Part shown: positions 28,917-38,840 of the stretch, one piece after another
Layout: each line of letters starts with the position of its first letter
Position numbering within the stretch: position 1 is the first letter of the stretch
Virus genome (UHGV): UHGV-0039782
Source: a virus
DNA length: 47,499 nucleotides
Direction: 5' to 3' (one strand)
The notes under the pieces: generated by a model
What the model was told of the DNA's origin: nothing
What the model saw: only the letters and a program-made list of their open reading frames with translations
Database searches by the model: none
Program-made: the position numbers and the translations under genes

Positions 28917-29059
28917 TTCCATTACTGTGGATATTATCAGCATACGCATTCGCGAGAGTATTTGAGGCTGATACTCTGTACCAGATGATTTGTTATGGTG
29001 CTCTGTTCTGTCTCTCTGGTGCTGCGATTGCATTTATGGATGATGTGATTTCAGACTAA
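28913..29059 (+). CDS. 48-aa hydrophobic peptide coupled to the HNH gene (ATGA overlap)
   Basis: MIPLLWILSAYAFARVFEADTLYQMICYGALFCLSGAAIAFMDDVISD. Confidence 0.3.
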   Translation: MIPLLWILSAYAFARVFEADTLYQMICYGALFCLSGAAIAFMDDVISD

Positions 29060-29114
29060 CTCTGTATATCTTTTGTTCATCATGGGCTGCTATCATTTAA
29101 TCAGGAGGTAGCCC

Positions 29115-29237
29115 ATGAACATAATCCCTATCACTTACTTTCTCACGCTATACGCACTCACCAATTCGCCATTATTTGCGCTGGCTACCGCCTCATGGTG
29201 CTATATCTCCCTGTGTTATAATTCGACCACAAACTAA
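29115..29237 (+). CDS. 40-aa hydrophobic peptide with a consensus SD (AGGAGG)
   Basis: MNIIPITYFLTLYALTNSPLFALATASWCYISLCYNSTTN. Confidence 0.25.
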   Translation: MNIIPITYFLTLYALTNSPLFALATASWCYISLCYNSTTN

Positions 29238-29253
29238 CCGTGGAGAGTTAACC

Positions 29254-31136
<1,883 letters not shown>

Positions 31137-31138
31137 TA

Positions 31139-32209
31139 ATGGAAAAGATTATTTTTACCAAAGACCTGGTAGCCAACTCCGCAGTGGTGGCTGACCAGTG
31201 GAAACATCTCACCATCGACCGCAAGGTGTTCTGCAACGCAGAAGCTGAGCTGGCGAAAACTTACGGTGTGAACGCCACCGCACTGGTAACAAAAGATTAC
31301 TGGCGCGACGTGGACAACGTCACTACCCGTGTTTTCCGCAACGAAGCTGGTCAGGACATGATGGCTGACCTGATGGGTATCGCGGCAAACATCAATATCG
31401 GTAAGACTGTGGCAATCAGCCGCATCGCTTCCGATGCTGGTAAGGTCGTCCGCACCCTGTCTGGTCAGGAGCCGGAAGATTTGGATAAAACTCGCTACGA
31501 TTACACTGGCGATGTGATTCCAATCTTCAAGACTGGCTACAGCCGCGAATGGCGTGAACTGCTGGGTATGCAGTCTGAAGGTTTTGACCCGCTGCTTGAC
31601 GATCAGGCCAACGTCACCTTTAACCTGCGTTCCGACATGGCGCAGTATCTGCTGACTGGCGACCAGACTCTGAACGTGAACGGCGTTTACACTGGCTACG
31701 GTATCACCAACCACCCGAACACCATTCAGGTTAACCTGAATGCTTCCGGTGGCCTGAATATCGACCTGCAAACCGCAACGCCAGACGAAATCGTGACCTT
31801 CTTTAATCAGGATTTCCAGGCTATTCTGGATGCGCAGAACGTATTTGAGCAGGTGACTCTGTGGGTTTCCCCGGCAGTGCGTCGCAGCTTCATGCGTCCG
31901 TATTCTGATGCGGCAGGTTTCAAAGGCGGCACTGTTGAGCAGTACATCACTCAGTTCGGCAATGGCCGTATCGGCAAGATTGGCACCAACTTCCTGCTGA
32001 CTGGAAACCATTTTGTTGGCTACGTTCGCAACGACATGTACATCCGTCCGCGTGTTGCTCAGCCTGTTTCCACCTATGCGGCAGCTCGCGCCAACCCGCA
32101 CGATAACTTCAACTTCCTCGTGTGGTCTGCTTTTGGTTTACAAATCCGTAAGGATTTCACTGGTAAGTCAAAAGTGTTCAACGGCTACGGTACGCAAACT
32201 CCGCAGTAA
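31139..32209 (+). CDS. major capsid protein
   Basis: 356 aa, position in the head module, followed by a strong terminator; antisense ORF 31133-32101 is judged spurious. Confidence 0.7.
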   Translation: MEKIIFTKDLVANSAVVADQWKHLTIDRKVFCNAEAELAKTYGVNATALVTKDYWRDVDNVTTRVFRNEAGQDMMADLMGIAANINIGKTVAISRIASDAGKVVRTLSGQEPEDLDKTRYDYTGDVIPIFKTGYSREWRELLGMQSEGFDPLLDDQANVTFNLRSDMAQYLLTGDQTLNVNGVYTGYGITNHPNTIQVNLNASGGLNIDLQTATPDEIVTFFNQDFQAILDAQNVFEQVTLWVSPAVRRSFMRPYSDAAGFKGGTVEQYITQFGNGRIGKIGTNFLLTGNHFVGYVRNDMYIRPRVAQPVSTYAAARANPHDNFNFLVWSAFGLQIRKDFTGKSKVFNGYGTQTPQ

Positions 32210-32213
32210 TAAA

Positions 32214-32240
32214 AAAAGGGGCGAAAGCCCCTTTGTGAAT
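32214..32240 (+). terminator. factor-independent terminator after the capsid gene
   Basis: AAGGGGC-gaaa-GCCCCTT followed by TGTGAATTT. Confidence 0.7.
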
Positions 32241-32252
32241 TTGAGGTGAATA

Positions 32253-32450
32253 ATGGCTAAATACGAAGTCATCGCACGCGGAATCTTTGTTAAAGAGAAA
32301 GGCAAGATTCGTGAGTTGCAGCTTGGCGAGGTTATCACGGAACCTGCTGAGCATCTGCTGCCAAAACTGCGCGTTATGCCAGAACTGGAAAAGTCTTTCG
32401 AAGTCGCAACCCCACAACAAAAGACGACAAAGAAAAAGAAAGCAGAGTAA
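32253..32450 (+). CDS. small Lys-rich protein bracketed by two terminators
   Basis: 65 aa, SD GAGGTG, KKKKAE tail. Confidence 0.5.
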   Translation: MAKYEVIARGIFVKEKGKIRELQLGEVITEPAEHLLPKLRVMPELEKSFEVATPQQKTTKKKKAE

Positions 32451-32454
32451 ACTG

Positions 32455-32480
32455 AACCCGCATAATGCGGGTTTTTTATT
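32455..32480 (+). terminator. factor-independent terminator
   Basis: ACCCGCAT-aa-ATGCGGGT followed by TTTTTATT. Confidence 0.7.
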
Positions 32481-32490
32481 GGGGGTTTCT

Positions 32491-33339
32491 ATGGCTGTAA
32501 GATACGACATATTCACCACGCGGGATGACGGCGAGGTGATGCTTGATGAGCTGATGTCCGCTGACTGGACTGCGCTACAGGTTAACGTGATGCCGCTTGA
32601 TTCATCTGGTGCATACACACCGCTGGTGAGCGGAACCGTGTCCGTGAAGGTGTCGCCATTTGAATCTGGTGATTACTGGGTTGACGTCAACAATAATAAT
32701 TATTACGGCGTAGCATTGCGCCTGAAGATAATCAAAACGGAATTGCCGGCAGCAGTAAGTTCGCTGCGCGTTTCGGTGTGGCGAGCTGGCGTGTCTCCGC
32801 AATCGATAGTAAACCTTCAACCTGATGTGGCGCTAAGCGACATCACCACTCAGTCATATATTGAGCGCGCCAACAAGCAAGGCAAGCTGTTCACTGCGTC
32901 GCGCAGAGTAACTGATGTTGCTGGCAGCTCAAACCTTGACAGCATCTTTATCACCGGAGCAAAGCAGGTGATATTCAACCAGCGCATTATTGGTTACACA
33001 GGGAAAGGTGTTGTTGCATCAATCTATCGCGGCGCGGTTGCCACCGGCGGCACCGCTGCGGAGATTAATAATCCCAACGACATAACGCCGCAGGCAGTTA
33101 CGGCGCAGTTGCTTACTGGCGCTACCGTGACAAACATCGGGCAGCTGACGGTAGCGGCGACATATAGTGAGGGTAACGCATCGAATCAGGGGCAGGGTAA
33201 CTCGCAGGCTCGATTAGGTGAGCAAATTATCATGGCACCAAACACAATGTATCTGCTTCGCATAACATCACTGGATACTGCGGTGCAGAATATCAATGCG
33301 TATGTCTCGTGGTTTGAGGATGATACTTATCTGGCGTAA
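32491..33339 (+). CDS. hypothetical structural protein (Thr/Ala/Gly-rich, beta-rich)
   Basis: ATG at 32491 with SD GGGGG inside track ORF 32287-33339. Confidence 0.45.
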   Translation: MAVRYDIFTTRDDGEVMLDELMSADWTALQVNVMPLDSSGAYTPLVSGTVSVKVSPFESGDYWVDVNNNNYYGVALRLKIIKTELPAAVSSLRVSVWRAGVSPQSIVNLQPDVALSDITTQSYIERANKQGKLFTASRRVTDVAGSSNLDSIFITGAKQVIFNQRIIGYTGKGVVASIYRGAVATGGTAAEINNPNDITPQAVTAQLLTGATVTNIGQLTVAATYSEGNASNQGQGNSQARLGEQIIMAPNTMYLLRITSLDTAVQNINAYVSWFEDDTYLA

Positions 33340-33346
33340 TAAAAGG

Positions 33347-33371
33347 AAAGCCCCGCAAGGGGCTTTGGTTT
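33347..33371. terminator. bidirectional terminator (ends the plus head block and the minus operon)
   Basis: AAAGCCCC-gcaa-GGGGCTTTGGTTT. Confidence 0.7.
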
Positions 33372-33555
33372 ACTTACGATCTGGGTCTGCATAGAAGTTA
33401 ACCAACTTAATGAAATCTCGCTTTCCGCTATGGTTTAAATAAAAACCAGCAATTTCATTAAACGCTTCGTTTGCCGCTCTTACGCTGCAACCCATGTTTA
33501 AAGCATCACGTGCAGCGATGGCAGCCAGTTTTGTTTTCTCTTTGATGTCCATCAA
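33370..33555 (-). CDS. hypothetical small protein (last gene of the minus operon)
   Basis: 61-aa ORF. Confidence 0.4.
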   Translation of the reverse strand: MMDIKEKTKLAAIAARDALNMGCSVRAANEAFNEIAGFYLNHSGKRDFIKLVNFYADPDRK

Positions 33556-34097
33556 ACAATCCTCATCGGCATAACAACAATCTTCGCAGTCTCGCCAGAT
33601 GGCGCGCTAAGACAGCAAACTGCGGCATTTGTATTTCCATTCAACTCAAACTTAACGCCACTGAATTTAGGATTAAACAGCTTTGCCACTTTCTCAATAT
33701 CAACCAGATAACCAGCATTGAAGCCAATTTCATCTGCTGCTTTCGTTTCCTTTGGTATAACGCGATCAATATCAGGGAATCGACCATCAATCTCTTCGCA
33801 GATACCAGCACCAACCATCGTGTCCATATGACCAAAATGATAAGTAACGATTCCAGATTTTGTATCGATGATCGCATGGTTATATTTCTTTGTCGGAGAC
33901 TTGCTTACCTTTACAATCACATTTTCTGTCAGCTTATTGTCATGACTACCACCAATGAATGCGCGATGACCGTCAGTTGAGGCAATGCGACCATCAGGCA
34001 TGAAGCAGATACCATTCAGGTAATAACGCACATCATTGCGAGCCTGAAATATTAATGCTGATTCAAGTAATAATTTGCTGATTTTTAGTTTCATCAC
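33552..34097 (-). CDS. truncated DNA polymerase III beta sliding-clamp (DnaN) homologue lacking domain I
   Basis: 181 aa; collinear matches to E. coli DnaN domain II-III segments as I recall them: DVRYYLNG...TDGHR, DGRFPD..RV.PK, EIGFN..Y..D, AKIVVMPMRIV versus AAYVVMPMRL. Confidence 0.65.
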   Translation of the reverse strand: MMKLKISKLLLESALIFQARNDVRYYLNGICFMPDGRIASTDGHRAFIGGSHDNKLTENVIVKVSKSPTKKYNHAIIDTKSGIVTYHFGHMDTMVGAGICEEIDGRFPDIDRVIPKETKAADEIGFNAGYLVDIEKVAKLFNPKFSGVKFELNGNTNAAVCCLSAPSGETAKIVVMPMRIV

Positions 34098-34267
34098 TTC
34101 ACCTTAATCATGTGTTGTTTTGCAACTTTCAGGCATTCTTCAAAAATGCCTCCCTTCTTTGCGCTCTGATTGCGCTTGTAATACTGAATTGCCGCATCAA
34201 TTGCCATCTGGTCAATGTCTGGTAGCTTGGTGCGAAGTTGTTTTTCGATGAATTGCTCTGGTGTCAT
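34094..34267 (-). CDS. 57-aa small protein (MTPEQFIEKQLRTKLPDIDQMAIDAAIQYYKRNQ...)
   Basis: fills the 167-nt gap; ATGA overlaps at both ends. Confidence 0.3.
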   Translation of the reverse strand: MTPEQFIEKQLRTKLPDIDQMAIDAAIQYYKRNQSAKKGGIFEECLKVAKQHMIKVK

Positions 34268-34455
34268 AGCTTAACCCAGCCATGTCCGCGAACGTTATAA
34301 ACAAAACCTTTCTTTTTCAGCACCTGCATCCTCCTGTCAATAACCGTAATGTTTCTAACATCATCACGAAACTTAAGCCATATATCAAAAACAGGAGTTG
34401 GTTTAACAGAAAGCATGTGCAATATCTTCAAGTCCAACTCTTCATACTTACTCAT
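34264..34455 (-). CDS. hypothetical small protein
   Basis: 63-aa ORF. Confidence 0.4.
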   Translation of the reverse strand: MSKYEELDLKILHMLSVKPTPVFDIWLKFRDDVRNITVIDRRMQVLKKKGFVYNVRGHGWVKL

Positions 34456-34661
34456 CGCATCTTCTCCATCTTCTCGCGCTTCTTAAGACACTGTTTGCAT
34501 ATTGCGTCAGGCTTCCATGCTGATATATCTTCTCTTTCTCCACCAAACATCCATTTCCCACATTCACTAATAATCCTCCCATCGCTGAAATGGTGAACCT
34601 TCTTAGCCAGTAATGGGCCTCCCCATCCTGCAACTAACTTATCATCACGCTCGTTCATCAC
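34452..34661 (-). CDS. hypothetical zinc-ribbon protein
   Basis: CGKW...CKQC motifs. Confidence 0.4.
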   Translation of the reverse strand: MMNERDDKLVAGWGGPLLAKKVHHFSDGRIISECGKWMFGGEREDISAWKPDAICKQCLKKREKMEKMR

Positions 34662-35467
34662 ATCTTCTCCAGAATTGCCATAACCTCGTGAATATCAGCA
34701 ACAGGAATCTGGATAAACTCCTCATCCTCAGCCACCACGTGACCAGCAGGGAGAATCACATGGTCGGCTGGCTTCAGTAACTCAATCAGGCGGTCTACCG
34801 GCTTAATCTTTTTCGACTTCAACACCTTCGCCGTGACCTTATCCTTGCCTTGCGCCTTCGCCTCTTCGACTGCTTCGTCGATAACTTTTACCGCATCATC
34901 GCCATGCTCACGCGTCACTGCTACGGCATTTGCATAACTGATTTGCCCGGCACTGATGCGTGCTTTTACTTCTGCTGGCACATCACCCAGCGACAGATGC
35001 ATTTGCACGTCAGATACTGAGCGGCCTACCTTTTTGGCGATTTCTTCATTCGTCCAGCCAAAGCCTTTAAGCCGCGTGTAAGCCTTTGCGCGTTCAAACG
35101 GGTCAAGATGCTTACCCTGACTGGATGACACCATGAAGGCGATTTTATCCGCCTCATCGCCAGTGAAATCCTTGCACTCAATACGAACGATTGGCGCTCC
35201 ACGTTCAATGGCACGCAATGCGCCGAGATAGCGATGCTGACCATCAAGAATGCGGATTCCCTTCTCGTCCGGAATAACTGTTAATGCTGGCAATGGCTGA
35301 CCTGATTCCCAGCACTGAGCGAAATATTCAACGTGTTGCTCGTCTGCTTCGCGGATGTTGTATCCCGGCTCCAGATAGATTTGCTCCACTGGCACGAGAT
35401 AGGTTTTGTTAACAGCGATGCCGTTGCGCGTTTCTTTGTCTGAATAGATTTTGCTTAGTGTTTTCAT
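34658..35467 (-). CDS. ParB/Srx-like nuclease-domain protein with HTH
   Basis: ParB N-terminal domain signature GIRILDGQHRYLGA and a helix-turn-helix (EEIAKKVGRSVSDV). Confidence 0.65.
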   Translation of the reverse strand: MKTLSKIYSDKETRNGIAVNKTYLVPVEQIYLEPGYNIREADEQHVEYFAQCWESGQPLPALTVIPDEKGIRILDGQHRYLGALRAIERGAPIVRIECKDFTGDEADKIAFMVSSSQGKHLDPFERAKAYTRLKGFGWTNEEIAKKVGRSVSDVQMHLSLGDVPAEVKARISAGQISYANAVAVTREHGDDAVKVIDEAVEEAKAQGKDKVTAKVLKSKKIKPVDRLIELLKPADHVILPAGHVVAEDEEFIQIPVADIHEVMAILEKM

Positions 35468-35772
35468 TGTTTCTTCCCTAATGCTTTCTTGATTGCTTTG
35501 TTTGCCAGATTTAATGGATGGTCTTCATGGCAATCATCAGGCGATACTGCGCAAACATCCTCAACACAATCGCGAAGCTGGCGAAGAGCTTCAAGAAGTT
35601 CTGGTGCTGATGTTATAATATTTGAGTTAGCCTTCTTCACCGATTCAGACTCCCTAACACTCATTACTTCTGCTACATAAATATCACCAGACCAAATTGA
35701 TGTACGCGCTTCACCAGTAAATAAAGAATGATTGGTCCACTGACCTTTCGTGCCTTTGAATTCATCTTTCAT
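35464..35772 (-). CDS. hypothetical protein, FKGT(R/K)GxW family; paralogue of 22071-22370
   Basis: shared N- and C-terminal motifs with the 22071 ORF. Confidence 0.5.
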   Translation of the reverse strand: MKDEFKGTKGQWTNHSLFTGEARTSIWSGDIYVAEVMSVRESESVKKANSNIITSAPELLEALRQLRDCVEDVCAVSPDDCHEDHPLNLANKAIKKALGKKQ

Positions 35773-35773
35773 A

Positions 35774-35965
35774 TCATTCACCACTTTCTTCTAATAAGAG
35801 TTCATAGTTTGCAATATATGCATTAGCCAGATAATACATTTGCTCTGCGGCACAGCGCTCTGGCACGCTAAAGTCATCAATAGAACCAGCATTGCTAAGT
35901 GCATCAACACAATTTCGGAAATCAGCCATAGTATTTCGGAACATACAGTAGGACATATTTGCCAT
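35774..35965 (-). CDS. hypothetical small protein
   Basis: 63-aa ORF. Confidence 0.4.
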   Translation of the reverse strand: MANMSYCMFRNTMADFRNCVDALSNAGSIDDFSVPERCAAEQMYYLANAYIANYELLLEESGE

Positions 35966-35967
35966 GA

Positions 35968-36228
35968 TTACTCCTCATCACCCTGAAAAATGCCGCCAAA
36001 CTCTTCAACCAGCTCATCAATACATTCGTCCGCCTCAGCGCAATTTCCAGCCGCACTCAGCAGAATATCAACCGCCTCATCATCAGGAATGTTGATTGCT
36101 GAGAAAAACTCAACAATGCACATTTTCACAACCTGATATTCACCTTCAGTCTGGCAAGAAGCAAAGCTGCAAGCGACCGCATCAATCAACTTGGCTTTGT
36201 CATCACTTGGGTTATCAATATCAAACAT
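35968..36228 (-). CDS. small strongly acidic protein (first gene of the minus operon)
   Basis: 86 aa rich in Asp/Glu (DDEAVDILL...DECIDELVEEFGGIFQGDEE), SD GAGGTGATG. Confidence 0.45.
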   Translation of the reverse strand: MFDIDNPSDDKAKLIDAVACSFASCQTEGEYQVVKMCIVEFFSAINIPDDEAVDILLSAAGNCAEADECIDELVEEFGGIFQGDEE

Positions 36229-36268
36229 TTACATCACCTCTAACATTTATTGTTGTTTCTACGTCATC

Positions 36269-36297
36269 ACTATAAACACACTATCAATCTACGTCAA
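36269..36297 (-). promoter_or_regulatory. sigma70-like promoter for the minus-strand operon 36228-33370
   Basis: on the minus strand TTGACG (plus 36292-36297), 17-bp spacer, TATAGT (plus 36269-36274); the -35 lies inside the CAATCTACGTCAACA motif. Confidence 0.55.
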
Positions 36298-36344
36298 CAG
36301 TAATATGCTAAAATCATGCTAATCAAACAACAGGAGATTTAAGT

Positions 36345-36464
36345 ATGGGTTCAACAAACGGTCCGTCTCGTTCACGCGCTACTGGCAACACCAAAACTGG
36401 CGGCAAAACTGGCGCAGTGAAGCCAAACGGCTCTACCCGTTCACCATCGCGCGGTAAGAAATAA
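36345..36464 (+). CDS. 39-aa basic Gly/Ser/Thr/Arg/Lys-rich peptide (MGSTNGPSRSRATGNTKTGGKTGAVKPNGSTRSPSRGKK)
   Basis: SD AGGAG 8 nt upstream; stop overlaps the next ATG (TAATG). Confidence 0.3.
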   Translation: MGSTNGPSRSRATGNTKTGGKTGAVKPNGSTRSPSRGKK

Positions 36465-36904
36465 TGTTCGGCGCAGACATTGCCATCATGATCATGTATG
36501 TGCTGGGCTTTGCCTGCACGGGCATGGTCGCGTTTCTGGTGTTCATTCCGGCAATGGTGATGTCTGTGTATCTTGGATGGGTGCTTGTTGATTCATTTCC
36601 CGCCGAATATCTGTATTACCTTGCGCAGTCTATGGTCTGGTTGTTTCCGGCTATTGCACTGCGCAAAAGTACAAAGATGGCGCTCTGCGTGCTGACGATG
36701 AGCCTTTACGAATGGCTGGCGGCGATAGAGTCATTCGTATGGGAATTTATCACGCCTGTAGAAACGCCGCTTCATGCGCAGTACGTATTTATTATTATCG
36801 GCATCCATCTGTTCATCCTTTCCATCACTTTTAAATGGGGCGGCGAAATTGGACATTATTCTTGGCGTGGTCGCCATTGTTTTTTCGCTGATTCAAATCT
36901 ATAA
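36464..36904 (+). CDS. polytopic membrane protein
   Basis: 146 aa with four or more hydrophobic segments. Confidence 0.45.
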   Translation: MFGADIAIMIMYVLGFACTGMVAFLVFIPAMVMSVYLGWVLVDSFPAEYLYYLAQSMVWLFPAIALRKSTKMALCVLTMSLYEWLAAIESFVWEFITPVETPLHAQYVFIIIGIHLFILSITFKWGGEIGHYSWRGRHCFFADSNL

Positions 36905-36936
36905 GTGCTGGAAACATATCATCAGCGAGACACGCA

Positions 36937-37221
36937 ATGAACGGAGCACTAAGGCAAGTCGCAGAGCAGATTATAAGCGGAACGGCAGGGCAGGTGATTG
37001 ATAAGGCTGGATATGCTTCTATTGGCACTGGCATCGGCCTGAAAGTCGCAGAGCAAGCACCTGTCACGCAATCTTATTTTGAGGCTATGATTCCACACAG
37101 CCTGACAGAGTGGGCGGCAGTTGCATCAATACTTGGTGCGCTATCTCTGGTAATAAAAAATCTCTTTGAAATGTGGTGGAAGGTACGGGAGTCGAAAAAA
37201 AATGGCAGCACCAACACCTGA
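36937..37221 (+). CDS. pinholin-like (phage 21 S-family-like) small membrane protein
   Basis: Gly-rich weakly hydrophobic TM1 (SGTAGQVIDKAGYASIGTGIG) and TM2 TEWAAVASILGALSLVIKNLFEMWWKVRESKK, resembling the S21 TM2 and basic tail as I recall them. Confidence 0.4.
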   Translation: MNGALRQVAEQIISGTAGQVIDKAGYASIGTGIGLKVAEQAPVTQSYFEAMIPHSLTEWAAVASILGALSLVIKNLFEMWWKVRESKKNGSTNT

Positions 37222-37594
37222 AGAATTAGTAAGCCAGATGGCATCCCGTGGAATGACTATCACCACGACGGATGCGTCAGGTATTCTGTGTCTTGTGGCA
37301 TCAATCAGTGAATGCCTTGAACTGAATTATCCAAATGATGAATGCCGACAAAACGCGATCATGCTGTGGGCTTCCATCCTGATTAGCGCAAATACCGCTG
37401 GTCGCTACGTTACCAGTCAGAGCGCACCATCTGGTGCATCGCAATCATTCGCGTATGGCAGCAAGCCGTGGGTGGCGCTGTACAATCAGATGAAGCTACT
37501 GGATGCAGCCGGATGCACTGGCGATTTGGTGGAAGACCCTGACGGAAGTGGTAAACCATGGTTTGCGGTTGTGCGGGGGAGTAAGTGTAAATGA
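37202..37594 (+). CDS. putative head-tail adaptor protein
   Basis: ATG 37202 with SD GGGAG; size and position typical of head-tail connector genes. Confidence 0.4.
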   Translation: MAAPTPEELVSQMASRGMTITTTDASGILCLVASISECLELNYPNDECRQNAIMLWASILISANTAGRYVTSQSAPSGASQSFAYGSKPWVALYNQMKLLDAAGCTGDLVEDPDGSGKPWFAVVRGSKCK

Positions 37595-37932
37595 CTTCGC
37601 TGGCTCGGTTTTCATATACGCAACCATGCACAATCTGGCACAAAAGCGGCACGGACAAGTACGGCAAGCCGACTTTTGGCGCGCCAGTAAGCATCATGTG
37701 CGATTATGGCTTTAACGATGATGTATCGACCGATGCGAAAGGCAATGAGATTGTGCAGAAGAATACTTTCTGGACAGAATACACTGGCGCGAAGGTTGGT
37801 GATTACATCATGATTGGCACGATGACAGAAGCTGACCCGCTGGCGGCTGGCGCAAACCAGATTCTGAATGTGATTAACTATGGAAACACGTTCAATCGTG
37901 CTGAGCCACCTGATTTTGCACTGGTGACATAA
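37591..37932 (+). CDS. head closure / head-tail joining protein
   Basis: 113 aa; position and sequence style of SPP1 gp16 / HK97 gp7-type joining proteins. Confidence 0.5.
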   Translation: MTSLARFSYTQPCTIWHKSGTDKYGKPTFGAPVSIMCDYGFNDDVSTDAKGNEIVQKNTFWTEYTGAKVGDYIMIGTMTEADPLAAGANQILNVINYGNTFNRAEPPDFALVT

Positions 37933-38330
37933 TGGTTGCTAAACTTCGAGGCCTTAACGAGGCAAGGCAGAAGACGCTGGACATAATTGATGACGTTATA
38001 TCGCTAAAGGCTGTTCGTGCCATTAAATCAGCAAACTACATAATCAGAACTGAGGCCGCCGTTTATACGCCAATTGATACATCAAATCTCATAAACAGTC
38101 AGTTTGATGTGGTTGACATTAATGGCACCAGAATAACTGGTAAAGTCGGTTATACAGCGAGATACGCATACTACGTGCACGAGGCATCAGGGAAGTTGAT
38201 GGGCAAGCCGAGAAGAGGCGGAAAAGGTAACTATTGGGATCCGGAAGGCGAGCCTAAGTTTCTTGAGTTGGCAGCAAACAGAACAAAGGAACTCGTTTAC
38301 CGCACAATAAGACGCGAGATGAAACTATGA
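37932..38330 (+). CDS. HK97 gp10-like neck / tail completion protein
   Basis: 132 aa with the typical N-terminal helix then PIDTSNL-type beta region. Confidence 0.55.
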   Translation: MVAKLRGLNEARQKTLDIIDDVISLKAVRAIKSANYIIRTEAAVYTPIDTSNLINSQFDVVDINGTRITGKVGYTARYAYYVHEASGKLMGKPRRGGKGNYWDPEGEPKFLELAANRTKELVYRTIRREMKL

Positions 38331-38701
38331 ACATGCTTGAACTGGTTGATGCATATCTTCATGATGCTGGATTATACGATGGCTGGACTTCGCAGTTGCA
38401 GTTCTGGAATGACACCGGAGATGGAAATGAGCAATTTATTGTTCTGCAATCCAATGGGGGCACGCAGGTTATGGATGGCCTCGGCGGTGATTTCTATTTC
38501 TCGCTGTATGTTGTTGGCAAACATGGTCAATACAACGTGTCGGATGTTGACGCCAAAGCCAATGAGATTATCGAATACATCAAGACGCATCCGATTGATT
38601 CGTGCGTTAACTACATCCAGTTGCAGGCTCCACTCGGTAGGCCGATGTTGACAGAAGAAAAAAGACCTGTGCATGAGTTGCTTTTGCGGGTTGTGAAATA
38701 A
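38327..38701 (+). CDS. tail terminator protein (gpU-like)
   Basis: 124 aa immediately upstream of the major tail protein region. Confidence 0.5.
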   Translation: MNMLELVDAYLHDAGLYDGWTSQLQFWNDTGDGNEQFIVLQSNGGTQVMDGLGGDFYFSLYVVGKHGQYNVSDVDAKANEIIEYIKTHPIDSCVNYIQLQAPLGRPMLTEEKRPVHELLLRVVK

Positions 38702-38704
38702 ATA

Positions 38705-38727
38705 AAGCCGCATGAAGCGGCTTTTAA
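38705..38727. terminator. hairpin terminator shared by the plus tail-terminator gene and the minus-strand tRNA
   Basis: AAGCCGC-atgaa-GCGGCTT followed by TTAATTT. Confidence 0.6.
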
Positions 38728-38729
38728 TT

Positions 38730-38806
38730 TGGTGGACGCGGAAGGATTTGAACCTTCAATCAGCCGATTATGAGTCGGTTGCTTTAACCAATTAAGCTAC
38801 GCGTCC
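38730..38806 (-). tRNA. tRNA-Met (anticodon CAU, elongator-type; could be tRNA-Ile2 if lysidine-modified), with CCA encoded
   Basis: hand-folded cloverleaf: 7-bp acceptor GGACGCG/CGCGTCC, D-arm GCTT/AAGC, anticodon loop CUCAUAA (CAU at plus 38770-38772), T-arm GAAGG-TTCAAAT-CCTTC, 3' ACCA. Confidence 0.8.
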
Positions 38807-38840
38807 ATAAGTGCTGGTTTAAGCATTGCCAGCGTGCTTT

